A stretch of DNA of 64,000 nucleotides from a virus. The position numbers and the translations under genes were made by a program. Position 1 is the first letter of the stretch; each line of letters begins with the position of its first letter. Positions 47,808 to 56,511 of the stretch are shown piece after piece. The stretch lies in IMG/VR virus record IMGVR_UViG_3300017971_000007. The stretch is one strand, 5' to 3'. The notes beneath the pieces were generated by a model. The model saw nothing but the letters and a program-made list of their open reading frames with translations. It did not search any database and was not told the DNA's origin.

Positions 47808-48693
47808 AAGCCCCTCAGAATTTTTCCTCAGATATCTGATCTCTAGAAACGAACTAGTTACAACAGAAGAAGAGCTCAAAGAGCAAATCGATGAAATATC
47901 CAGAATAATGAACTCTATGAACCTGGAATCGATTGGTTTGGGGTACATTCAAAATCTCATAGCTGATATGACTCAAACCAGACCCGGAGATTACTTTCCA
48001 GATAATCCGCATCACAAGAAAAGCAAGGAATACCTGAAATACCACAGGATATTTGATATGTGGTATCCGACAAAGGAGGTCAGAGAATCGAATCTGATAC
48101 TCTCAGATTTGTTCTTGAGAGAGAAAATAGAACCTCTGATGTTGTCCACCATAACTCCCTCATCAATCATAAGGAAAGTAAGGAAGTACACCTCAATATC
48201 TCTGACCGTTGGTGGGATAGGAGCGTACGGACACTACTATTGGAACCGGAACTTGATGTCGAAGGGGGAATGGCTTGATTTTCTGAGATACAGAACCGGG
48301 AAAAATCCGTATATCCAGAGCCTAGTCATATCTCCTGATGTAGCTCCACAACATCTTCCATGGATTGTAGGAGTATCAGGACCCAAGAAAGTATTTAATA
48401 CGGCGGAGGCAGCCTCAAGAATAGGGCAAATAGCTTTCAAGCATGCCTTAGAATTAGAGAATCAACCGGCTAGTTTTAAGACGACATCTGCTCTAAGAAA
48501 TTGCATGTCTACGTTGAAAGATGCCGACGAAATAATGAGACGTAGTGACGCCATGCTGCAGGACGTACTGAATCAATTCCAGAAATTTAGAATGAGGTTG
48601 GATGATGCCGAAGTCATAGACGTTAATAGATTGACTGACGGGAAACATAGTCAATCTTCTGGAAGCGAGAGCGATGATGATGAGTCGTTTTAG
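47800..48693 (+). CDS. Hypothetical protein upstream of terL; small-terminase candidate
   Basis: Position and helical content only. Confidence 0.35.
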   Translation: MIRSPSEFFLRYLISRNELVTTEEELKEQIDEISRIMNSMNLESIGLGYIQNLIADMTQTRPGDYFPDNPHHKKSKEYLKYHRIFDMWYPTKEVRESNLILSDLFLREKIEPLMLSTITPSSIIRKVRKYTSISLTVGGIGAYGHYYWNRNLMSKGEWLDFLRYRTGKNPYIQSLVISPDVAPQHLPWIVGVSGPKKVFNTAEAASRIGQIAFKHALELENQPASFKTTSALRNCMSTLKDADEIMRRSDAMLQDVLNQFQKFRMRLDDAEVIDVNRLTDGKHSQSSGSESDDDESF

Positions 48694-48701
48694 AGGGTCC
48701 T

Positions 48702-49193
48702 ATGAGAGAAAATGAAGAGAAAGCTTTACTGAGTTTGGTGGAAGCTGATGAGTACACCGATGTTGATTCCTTGGAGAATGCGAGAGCTGTTGGGGAGTTA
48801 ATCTGCGATGGTGACTTCGCTCATATCAGAATGTTTCGTGAAGATGATCTTATATATCATGTCTTCAGAGGACCAAAAGTACATGAAAGGTACTGGGGAA
48901 CAGGGGAGTTCGGTCTAGATGTTTTGTCATCCATAGAATCGATTTGGCCGTCTGATTTCCCTAATGTTGATTTCGACATCAATGCAGTTAGGTTAGAAGT
49001 GTATGCGGATGAAATCGACAAACGAAGTAAATACCCGGACCATTATTACGGGGCCTATTTGGTAGCTGTCAGAAACATTCATCTGAAACCGGTTTTAAGT
49101 ACGAGAAAAATTCGACAATTCGGTGAAATCCTAGAACTTAACGTAGAAAAAAGAATGGAAATTTGGTTGAGGAATCTTGTTAGTCAATATTAG
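48702..49193 (+). CDS. Hypothetical protein
   Basis: 163-aa ORF with RBS. Confidence 0.6.
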   Translation: MRENEEKALLSLVEADEYTDVDSLENARAVGELICDGDFAHIRMFREDDLIYHVFRGPKVHERYWGTGEFGLDVLSSIESIWPSDFPNVDFDINAVRLEVYADEIDKRSKYPDHYYGAYLVAVRNIHLKPVLSTRKIRQFGEILELNVEKRMEIWLRNLVSQY

Positions 49194-52100
49194 AGAAGCA
49201 GAAGCTCTCGCTTCTAGATCAGTAGTACCCCTAAGTTACGCAACGCAGGTTGTGGGAGGGGAAAAATACACCGAACCGTTCCATGATTATAACGGCGAAG
49301 GTAGTCCTGAATATTATGGGTTTGATAACGAACCGAGGGAACCTACAGACGAGGAATTTGATGAGTTTCAGGACGGAAATTACCTCTATAACGTAAGTCC
49401 TCACGAGTTTGTAGAAACAGCTATAAACATTGGAGACGAGGGGAAGACTGTAAAGTTCTCCTTCGAAGAACGTCCCTATCTAATAAGAATCTATAACACC
49501 GGTTCCAGAAAATCTCTTCTCAAGTGTGGGCGACAGACAGAAAAGTGTGGAAGATTTCAACTACTTAGCATACTTAAAGCTTCTGGACAGCTGGTATCTG
49601 TGAAGGACCTGAAGGTTGGTGATGAAGTCATATCGCTGAGGACGTCAGGGGATAATAGATTCGGTCCTGAGCTTGGGACCGGGCCGGAACCAGTTCAGAC
49701 AGATTGGAGATTAACGAGGGATGTAGTCACAAGAATCAAGAACGTAGGCAAAAGGAGGTCCCTAAGAATAAGAACTAGAATGGGGTCAGAGCTGGAGGTC
49801 GGGGAAGACCATCCTATTTTATCGCATTGGGGATGGACGTGTGCTGGAGAAATAGAGGTAGGAGATAGAGTATCTGCAGTTCGGGGCATAGACGGGTGCG
49901 CGAAATTTGGAAATGGTTCGGGGTTACGAAATGGAGAGGTACCCTTATACGGATATTACTTAGCTGACGGAACATCCAGAAGTGGGATGTTCCAGATAAC
50001 AAAAACATATGCACGTATAAGAAAAAAAATAGAGCATCTTCTAGATTCATCCGGGAACCGATATTCAACTAACGAGAGTAGAGTAAACATAAGCAGAAGC
50101 TCTAATTTGTCGAGATTGATTAAGTCGGATGGATTGTGGGGGAAATACTCCTCAGAAAAATTCATACCTGATTGGATATTCGAGAAATGCACCAGAAATG
50201 AGACCATAGAATTCATAAAATCTCTGTGGGTTGATTGTGATAGTTCCGCAATTTATACAACTCAGGAAAAAGGGTCTGATCAATGGGACATCGTCTATGG
50301 CAGTACAAGTAAGAGATTGGCTAAACAAGTCAGAGCTCTCCTTTGGAAATTTGGCATACCCAGTAGATTCAGAAGCGGAAATCATGGTTTCTATGAAAAC
50401 GACGAAAACAAGGATAACTATCTTGTTAGAGTAGAAACCGAAGAAGGCGTAAAGAAATTCTTAAGCCTGTTCACTGATTTTGAATTTGTAGACGACAAAA
50501 AGAGTAACAGCAACAGAGACACGTTTCCCCTGTCTATAGTTCAGCCGCTAATAGACGGGATGTGCCGAAAATGTGGAATAGGAGATAAGAGAGGAAGAGG
50601 AGAGTATGACAGTTTAAGAAAAAACGGGTTTAGGAGGAAACTGAGACACCCCCCAAATAGACAGACAATTAAGAGGTACCTGGATTTCTTCGAGAGTAGA
50701 ATAGATACAGACGATTACCTGTACACATCCCTGAGAAATCTATATTTCTCGGATATCATATGGGATGAGATAGTAGAAATTGAGGACCTCGGCGAGAACG
50801 ATGTCTATCACGTCGAAACAGAAAGATTTCACAATTACTGTATAGACGGCATCATTACCCACAATTCTACATCTCTAGGAAATAAGATAATATCGTACTC
50901 GTGCCTGAATAATCACTTTCGCTCACTGTACGTATCATCTTCGGCAGAGCAAGCTAAAGTTTTTTCGAATGACAGAATATCTGAACCTATAGCTCTGTCC
51001 CCCACAGTAAAAGCTTACACGAACTCGGTACTGACGAATGCAGTATTCCACAAGAAATTCATAAACTATTCACAAATCAGGATAAGATATGCTTATCTGA
51101 ATGCCGATAGAGTAAGAGGTATACCCGCAGACCTCATATCCATTGATGAGATACAGGATATCATCGTCGATAATATCCCAGTTATAGAAGAGTGCGCTTC
51201 TCACTCTCCATTCAAAATTTTTATCTATTCAGGGACTCCTAAATCTCTGGATAACACAATCGAGTATTATTGGTCCAACTTCTCTACTCAGAATGAATGG
51301 GTCGTTCCGTGTGAGCATCACGGTACACCGAAGGATAAGAGTTCCTGGTATTGGAACATCCTGGGGGAGAGGAATATAGGGTTGAAGGGGGTCATCTGCG
51401 AAAAATGTGGGAACCTCATAGACCCCGCGCACCCGAGTGCACAATGGGCTTCATTAAATCCAGTTACGGAGGCCAATAAAGAGAGAGTCACGTTTGATGG
51501 ATATAGAATCTCTCAGCTCATGGTTCCGTGGATACTAAAAAAAGAGACAGCGTGGCTGGAACTAAGATCAAAATATGAGCGATATTCTAGACAGAAGTTC
51601 ATAAATGAAGTTCTTGGGATGAGCTATGACTCAGGTATCAGACCTATAAATAGGACCCAGGTAGAGGCCTGCTGCCAACCAGTATATTATCTTGCAGACT
51701 ACGAACACCTTCGAACCATAGTTCAAGGAAAGCCTGTGTTCGCTGGAATTGATTGGGGGTGTCATGACGAGGAAACTAGGATTCTGACTGATATCGGATG
51801 GAAATTTTTTAAGGAACTTACTGATGAAGACAAAGTCGCTCAATGGGATCCAGATACTAGGGAGATGTCTTTCGTTAAGCCGGTAGTAAGAACAGTTCGT
51901 AAGTGGAGAGATCCTCTTTATCATTTCGAAACCAAGGGCGGGATGGATTTGATGGTAACCGGCACGCATCGTATGCGGGTTAGAGGAGTAAAAAGCGGAA
52001 ATTGGGTTACGGAATCCGCAGATAAAACTGCTGAAAGAGGAGGAAACGTAAAATTTGTCGGGTACGTGTGCTGGAAAGGTGAAGAAAGAAAGTCATTCGA

Positions 52101-53409
52101 ACTTCCAGGATTACCAAAAAGTTCGGGGTATGGAGGATGTGAATCTAAGACTTTTGATATGGATGACTGGCTAGAGTTTCTCGGATATTACTTATCTGAG
52201 GGAGGAGTCTGCCTAAGGACTAGCAAGTCTGATAAATCCAAAAGAGTCCCATATGCTGTAAAGATGTCGCAAAGAGAGTCCTCATCTCCAGAAAATGTAG
52301 ACAAGATAAGATTGTGTATGATTAGATCAGACATACCGTTCTCAGAATTTCTTAATCGAGATACAAGCGATATAAATTGGTCGATAAAGGGAAAGCAGTA
52401 CTGGAAGTGGTTTTTTGAGAATGTCGGGGAAAGCACTGAATTGAAAAGGATCCCAAGAGAGTTCTTGAGATTATCAAAAAGACAGCTCCGTATACTATTC
52501 AAATCTATGATGTTGGGGGATGGGAGCGAGGATAAGAGAGACAAAAATTTCAATGGATATTACTCCTCAACCTCGAAAGGGTTGTGCGAGGATTTCCAAG
52601 AGATATGCATAAAATTAGGGCTGAGATGTTCGGTATCTCTCCATAAACACGCATCAGGAAACAGAAAAGCGATATGGAGAGCGATGTGGTCGAGAGGAAG
52701 GGATTTCCACTTCAATACACCAGCCAAAAAAATTAAAAGAGTTCCTTATAGCGGCAAAGTCTACTGCTGCAAAGTTCCTTCTGGATACATAGTAACAGAA
52801 AGAAATGGAAAGGTAGCGTATCAAGGGAATACTGGCGAGAATTCGTATACGGTAATTTCTCTTGGGTGTTATATGGGGGACGGAAACTTCACTATCTTCT
52901 GGATTCACAGATTCACTGGAGAAGACCTAGACCCAGAGATACAAATTCGAAGAGTCTCGGAGATCATAACCCATTTCAATGTAAGTATCGTTGGTTGTGA
53001 CTATGGTGGAGGATTCGACAAGAATGCTAGACTAATTCGAGAATTCGGCCCTAATAGGGTATTCAAGTTCCAGTACAATCCTGACCAGAAAAAGGGGAAG
53101 GTGTACTGGGATGAAGGCCTTATGAGATTCGCTGTTCATAGAACAGAAGTCATGACCGATATCTTCCAGGCTATGATAAGAAAAGATATCAGAGTTCCTA
53201 ACTGGAATGATTTTGCCGACCCCTACGGAAAGGACATTCTCAATATCTTCAGTGAAGAGGTTGAGGTAAGGGGGAAAAAGATGACCGTCTACAGGCATTC
53301 TCCAGGGAATACAGATGACTCATTTCATTCAATCCTGTATTGTATGCTTGCAAGCATGATTAAATATCCGCGACCGGATATAATCGTTCCGAGGAAAGAG
53401 ACAGCATAG
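49177..53409 (+). CDS. Terminase large subunit with two inteins
   Basis: Spliced Walker A GRQTEK|ST; Walker B ISIDEIQD; SGTPK; nuclease GIDWG|T, GCDYGGG and DDSFHS. Confidence 0.92.
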   Translation: MLVNIREAEALASRSVVPLSYATQVVGGEKYTEPFHDYNGEGSPEYYGFDNEPREPTDEEFDEFQDGNYLYNVSPHEFVETAINIGDEGKTVKFSFEERPYLIRIYNTGSRKSLLKCGRQTEKCGRFQLLSILKASGQLVSVKDLKVGDEVISLRTSGDNRFGPELGTGPEPVQTDWRLTRDVVTRIKNVGKRRSLRIRTRMGSELEVGEDHPILSHWGWTCAGEIEVGDRVSAVRGIDGCAKFGNGSGLRNGEVPLYGYYLADGTSRSGMFQITKTYARIRKKIEHLLDSSGNRYSTNESRVNISRSSNLSRLIKSDGLWGKYSSEKFIPDWIFEKCTRNETIEFIKSLWVDCDSSAIYTTQEKGSDQWDIVYGSTSKRLAKQVRALLWKFGIPSRFRSGNHGFYENDENKDNYLVRVETEEGVKKFLSLFTDFEFVDDKKSNSNRDTFPLSIVQPLIDGMCRKCGIGDKRGRGEYDSLRKNGFRRKLRHPPNRQTIKRYLDFFESRIDTDDYLYTSLRNLYFSDIIWDEIVEIEDLGENDVYHVETERFHNYCIDGIITHNSTSLGNKIISYSCLNNHFRSLYVSSSAEQAKVFSNDRISEPIALSPTVKAYTNSVLTNAVFHKKFINYSQIRIRYAYLNADRVRGIPADLISIDEIQDIIVDNIPVIEECASHSPFKIFIYSGTPKSLDNTIEYYWSNFSTQNEWVVPCEHHGTPKDKSSWYWNILGERNIGLKGVICEKCGNLIDPAHPSAQWASLNPVTEANKERVTFDGYRISQLMVPWILKKETAWLELRSKYERYSRQKFINEVLGMSYDSGIRPINRTQVEACCQPVYYLADYEHLRTIVQGKPVFAGIDWGCHDEETRILTDIGWKFFKELTDEDKVAQWDPDTREMSFVKPVVRTVRKWRDPLYHFETKGGMDLMVTGTHRMRVRGVKSGNWVTESADKTAERGGNVKFVGYVCWKGEERKSFELPGLPKSSGYGGCESKTFDMDDWLEFLGYYLSEGGVCLRTSKSDKSKRVPYAVKMSQRESSSPENVDKIRLCMIRSDIPFSEFLNRDTSDINWSIKGKQYWKWFFENVGESTELKRIPREFLRLSKRQLRILFKSMMLGDGSEDKRDKNFNGYYSSTSKGLCEDFQEICIKLGLRCSVSLHKHASGNRKAIWRAMWSRGRDFHFNTPAKKIKRVPYSGKVYCCKVPSGYIVTERNGKVAYQGNTGENSYTVISLGCYMGDGNFTIFWIHRFTGEDLDPEIQIRRVSEIITHFNVSIVGCDYGGGFDKNARLIREFGPNRVFKFQYNPDQKKGKVYWDEGLMRFAVHRTEVMTDIFQAMIRKDIRVPNWNDFADPYGKDILNIFSEEVEVRGKKMTVYRHSPGNTDDSFHSILYCMLASMIKYPRPDIIVPRKETA
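49546..50865 (+). mobile_element. Intein 1 of TerL (440 aa) with a LAGLIDADG domain
   Basis: C1...EDHP...YHVET..HNYCIDGIITHN/S; YGYYLADG. Confidence 0.92.
51760..52830 (+). mobile_element. Intein 2 of TerL (357 aa) with a LAGLIDADG domain
   Basis: CHDEETRIL...VTGTH...VYCCKVP...NGKVAYQGN/T; FLGYYLSEG and MMLGDG. Confidence 0.92.
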
Positions 53410-53411
53410 CT

Positions 53412-53464
53412 AAAAAGAGGGGCCAGCAATCATGATACCCGGCCGATGCTGACCCCTCTTTTTT
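53412..53464. terminator. Bidirectional terminator between convergent terL and the 110-aa gene
   Basis: AAAAAGAGGGG...CCCCTCTTTTTT outer stem with an inner CAGCA-TC/GATGCTG pairing. Confidence 0.8.
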
Positions 53465-53465
53465 C

Positions 53466-53798
53466 TTATCTACGCCACTTTGTGATGAGGCTCGAAGGCC
53501 TGCAATTAATGCCGCTTACGGCCCCAAAGGCCTCCATTAGTAGTGCAGCGATTGTCGCTGCACCAACGATCTGTGCACTTAGGGTCGCCTTCCCTTTCCA
53601 TCCTCCCCTCCATTGACTTTTCACAATGCCTCCAAAACTTCGAGACGACATAACAGTGGCAATGCTCTCTCTGACCTCCTCCCAATCCTTTCCGTACGCG
53701 TCTTTCCCTACTCGATCCACCCCCTCCTTATCCTCCGCGAAGAGATTCATCAGTTCGTCGACGGACAAAGATACATTCATTGCTTGATTTTCAGACAT
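53466..53798 (-). CDS. Small protein with a C-terminal hydrophobic helix
   Basis: RBS AAGGAG; has its own TATAAG promoter and terminator. Confidence 0.7.
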   Translation of the reverse strand: MSENQAMNVSLSVDELMNLFAEDKEGVDRVGKDAYGKDWEEVRESIATVMSSRSFGGIVKSQWRGGWKGKATLSAQIVGAATIAALLMEAFGAVSGINCRPSSLITKWRR

Positions 53799-53831
53799 TT
53801 TTTCTCCTTGTTGTTTTTCGGTTACATAATT

Positions 53832-53858
53832 CTTATACTGATAAATCAGTGTTTTTTC
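53832..53858 (-). promoter_or_regulatory. Putative phage-specific promoter (AAAA-N16-TATAAG)
   Basis: Minus strand reads GAAAA aacactgatttatcag TATAAG. Confidence 0.55.
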
Positions 53859-54600
53859 AGCAAAATAGCGCTATCTCCGTAGCTATGAATTTATCCAATG
53901 GGTTATCGCTAGAATCTAGGCCGCTGTATTTGAAATCTTTGAACGCGTTAGGATTAACTTCCGTGACGAAGATGAGAGCGGCCCGACTAATACTCTTTCT
54001 GGCCTTCTCCAGAAATCTGTACAGATTTTGCAATTTGGGGCTGTGTAAGAAATCTTCCCTGACTCTCATTTTCCCCATAAGTCCTACACATATTTTGTGA
54101 AAAGGTTTCCAAGGAAATTCATCCTTATCGTGTTCGTAAAGTCTTGCAAATTCCAATTCCGAGAACTGCATGCAGGTCCACGCCCAGTTTTTGATTTGAG
54201 CAAAATCCAAATCAAACAATCCCATTTCTACATATTTTCTAGCCTCGTCCCTTATACCGACCAAGGTCTTGATATTGGCGTCCCTCAGTGTCGACAAATC
54301 AAGCCCGTTTACATACATCAAATAGGACATCCTCTCTTCCAGTTTCCTTATTCTTATGTCTGACATCTGCACATACTCTACGAGCTCTTTCGGTCCCAAA
54401 TTCATGGAACTGATTTTTTTGACGGACTCCAGGTCCTCCTTTTTTATCCACACGCCCTTTCCACATCCCCTGAACTTCCTGGCTGGGAGTATTCCGCATT
54501 TGACATACCTTCTTACCGTTCTTGTAGATTTTCCTAAAAATTTTGAGGACTCTACCATGTCCATATAGAAATACTTTGTCTCTTTAGGTCGTCTTTTCAT
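53857..54600 (-). CDS. DNA-binding protein with an N-terminal MerR/excisionase-like HTH and coiled coil
   Basis: ESSKFLGKSTRTVRRYVKCGILPA; RBS GAGGAGG. Confidence 0.75.
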   Translation of the reverse strand: MKRRPKETKYFYMDMVESSKFLGKSTRTVRRYVKCGILPARKFRGCGKGVWIKKEDLESVKKISSMNLGPKELVEYVQMSDIRIRKLEERMSYLMYVNGLDLSTLRDANIKTLVGIRDEARKYVEMGLFDLDFAQIKNWAWTCMQFSELEFARLYEHDKDEFPWKPFHKICVGLMGKMRVREDFLHSPKLQNLYRFLEKARKSISRAALIFVTEVNPNAFKDFKYSGLDSSDNPLDKFIATEIALFC

Positions 54601-54681
54601 ATTTTGCCTCCTCGTGTTAATCTTGTTTTGAGATGGTCCATTGACCTAAGTTCCGATGAATACAATTTAACAGAGGTTAAC

Positions 54682-55545
54682 ATGCCTGCTCCAAGCGATA
54701 TCCCAGAAAGCCTTCTAGAACAGAGAGGAGTCGAAGTAGACCCCGGTGAACTTCAGATTCTAGGAAAAAAGGCGGCAAATCTTTACAAAGAAGGTCTCTC
54801 CAAATTAAGTGAGGCCGTCGTGCAGGCTATAGGCACCAAGGCCATGGGGCCTGAGCACGTAAAGCGAGTTTGTGAGTTTGCTAATCAAGAAGCTTTCCAG
54901 AATGAATGGGACAAAGGCGGGTCTGTCCGGAACATCGAGTTTGATGGAGGCCCTGCTAGCCCCTCTGATGTGCTGAGAAATCTAAACGACGGTTCCAAGC
55001 CTAAAGAACATGTAATCAGTGATTATGATGAGGAGCCTGTTAAGACGTCCTCAGTAGCATCACACAAAATAGATAGGATGCTGTTCGGCAAATTCGCGCA
55101 TCCAATGATGAGGACTCCAGCTGTATCCAATCCGCTTCCGGAAGTAAGGTCCAAAATAGCCAGTGCGAAATCAAATCTTCTGCATGATGTATCTGCATTG
55201 GAGACGGAGAAGATGATGGCTGCCGAAAAGCTGGCCAGTGTATCGACGAACGCGATTTTGGATGGGGAAACGCCGTCTAGGATAAAGGCATCTTGGGAAA
55301 GAGTCGGTGTTGATAAGTTTGCGTACAAGGAAGCGTCCAAGATCTTAGACGATAAAATGGCCAGCCGCGGCATACAGGTCAGGGAATCAGAAAAGACGTC
55401 ATCCAGAGTTCCCAACCCAGCCAATCCCGTGGTTTCTTCGTACATCCATTTCGCGAAAGTAGCTCATCTCTTGAGAGTCAAGCGCGAGGCAATGAAGATA
55501 ATGGATAACTACGAGAAGTCGGTAATGGATTCCATGAGGAAGTGA
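54682..55545 (+). CDS. Head-module protein with K-x-A/S motifs
   Basis: Start MPAPS after GAGG; VKTSS, EKLAS, YKEAS, EKTSS, AKVA. Confidence 0.6.
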   Translation: MPAPSDIPESLLEQRGVEVDPGELQILGKKAANLYKEGLSKLSEAVVQAIGTKAMGPEHVKRVCEFANQEAFQNEWDKGGSVRNIEFDGGPASPSDVLRNLNDGSKPKEHVISDYDEEPVKTSSVASHKIDRMLFGKFAHPMMRTPAVSNPLPEVRSKIASAKSNLLHDVSALETEKMMAAEKLASVSTNAILDGETPSRIKASWERVGVDKFAYKEASKILDDKMASRGIQVRESEKTSSRVPNPANPVVSSYIHFAKVAHLLRVKREAMKIMDNYEKSVMDSMRK

Positions 55546-55546
55546 A

Positions 55547-55876
55547 ATGAATAAATACAGGTTAGCGTATTCGGTCTTAATTAAAGAGGCGCAGGGACTT
55601 CCTACTGAACTCGCAAAGGGGATAATGGGGCTCGGCAAAGGAGCGACAAAGGCATTTTTCAGGTCCGGCAAAGGTTTATCAAGGGCAATGACCGAAGCAG
55701 GGGTCACAAGTCCATTGGCTCATGCCGCAGCTAAATCAATGCCATATGCAGTCGCGGCATATGGAGGAAAGAAGGCGTACGAAAGTGAACCAGCCCAACG
55801 TCTCAGATACAGAATTGCTGAGTACAAACAAAGAAAAGCATTAGAAGATGCTCAGCGGGGAGGCTACTATGGATAA
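55547..55876 (+). CDS. Small Gly/Ala-rich basic protein with an N-terminal LIKEA motif
   Basis: AYSVLIKEAQ followed by amphipathic helices. Confidence 0.6.
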   Translation: MNKYRLAYSVLIKEAQGLPTELAKGIMGLGKGATKAFFRSGKGLSRAMTEAGVTSPLAHAAAKSMPYAVAAYGGKKAYESEPAQRLRYRIAEYKQRKALEDAQRGGYYG

Positions 55877-56507
55877 TCTGAAAAAAGACCTTTCTTCCCT
55901 TGATATGGAGAGAATGAAGATTGCCGTAAACAAACATGCCGGATTTTGGCAATCCATAAAAAACGCCTTCCAAAGTCCTATGGGAAAGAGAGTCACTGGA
56001 GCATTAGGAGAGGCGGCTGCAACAGCAGCGGTCGCTGCCAGTGTAGTTGGTGCAAAGAAGGGGTATGAGGCCCTTAGAGAAAAAATAGAAAAACCCAGAT
56101 TGTACAAGAACATGTTGGAGCTAAATCCGCAGTTGAAAAACGTGGACCAAAACAGAGTGACTAACATGTTTAATACTGTCTACAACCTAAACAGGGACAT
56201 GGCCAAGGATCCTATTGTGGCTGGTTCGTTTGTTGACCGTGGTGTAAGTCAGGCAGAAGGACTTTCTAGTCTGTACATAGACCCGGCTACTACAAAACTT
56301 CTGATGAGTAGTAAAGAACGGAAAGAAGAGCCAGTCTCAACATCATTCATGAGAGCATTCGAATCTTATGGACCAGAGCATTCGGGAAATAAGTTAGAGG
56401 ATCAAAAAACTCTAAAAAGATATGAGAATATGTTGAGGGAAGAGGGAGCTCAAAGACAATTTGAACGGCAGAAAGATTTAGAAGGTTATAAGGCCTCCCT
56501 TCGTTAA
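55869..56507 (+). CDS. Head-module protein with a hydrophobic Ala-rich helix
   Basis: Start after GGAGG; MKIAVNKHAGFW; GALGEAAATAAVAASVVG. Confidence 0.6.
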   Translation: MDNLKKDLSSLDMERMKIAVNKHAGFWQSIKNAFQSPMGKRVTGALGEAAATAAVAASVVGAKKGYEALREKIEKPRLYKNMLELNPQLKNVDQNRVTNMFNTVYNLNRDMAKDPIVAGSFVDRGVSQAEGLSSLYIDPATTKLLMSSKERKEEPVSTSFMRAFESYGPEHSGNKLEDQKTLKRYENMLREEGAQRQFERQKDLEGYKASLR

Positions 56508-56511
56508 GAAA

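Noticed and set aside
49522-49554. KCGR...KCGR direct repeat at the TerL intein 1 junction as a target-site duplication
   Set aside because: Inteins do not create duplications; the second Cys is intein residue 1 and the match is short.
54251-54260. Fourth TCGGTATAAG match on the - strand
   Set aside because: It lies inside the HTH gene, lacks the A-tract at the right spacing and has no nearby downstream start.
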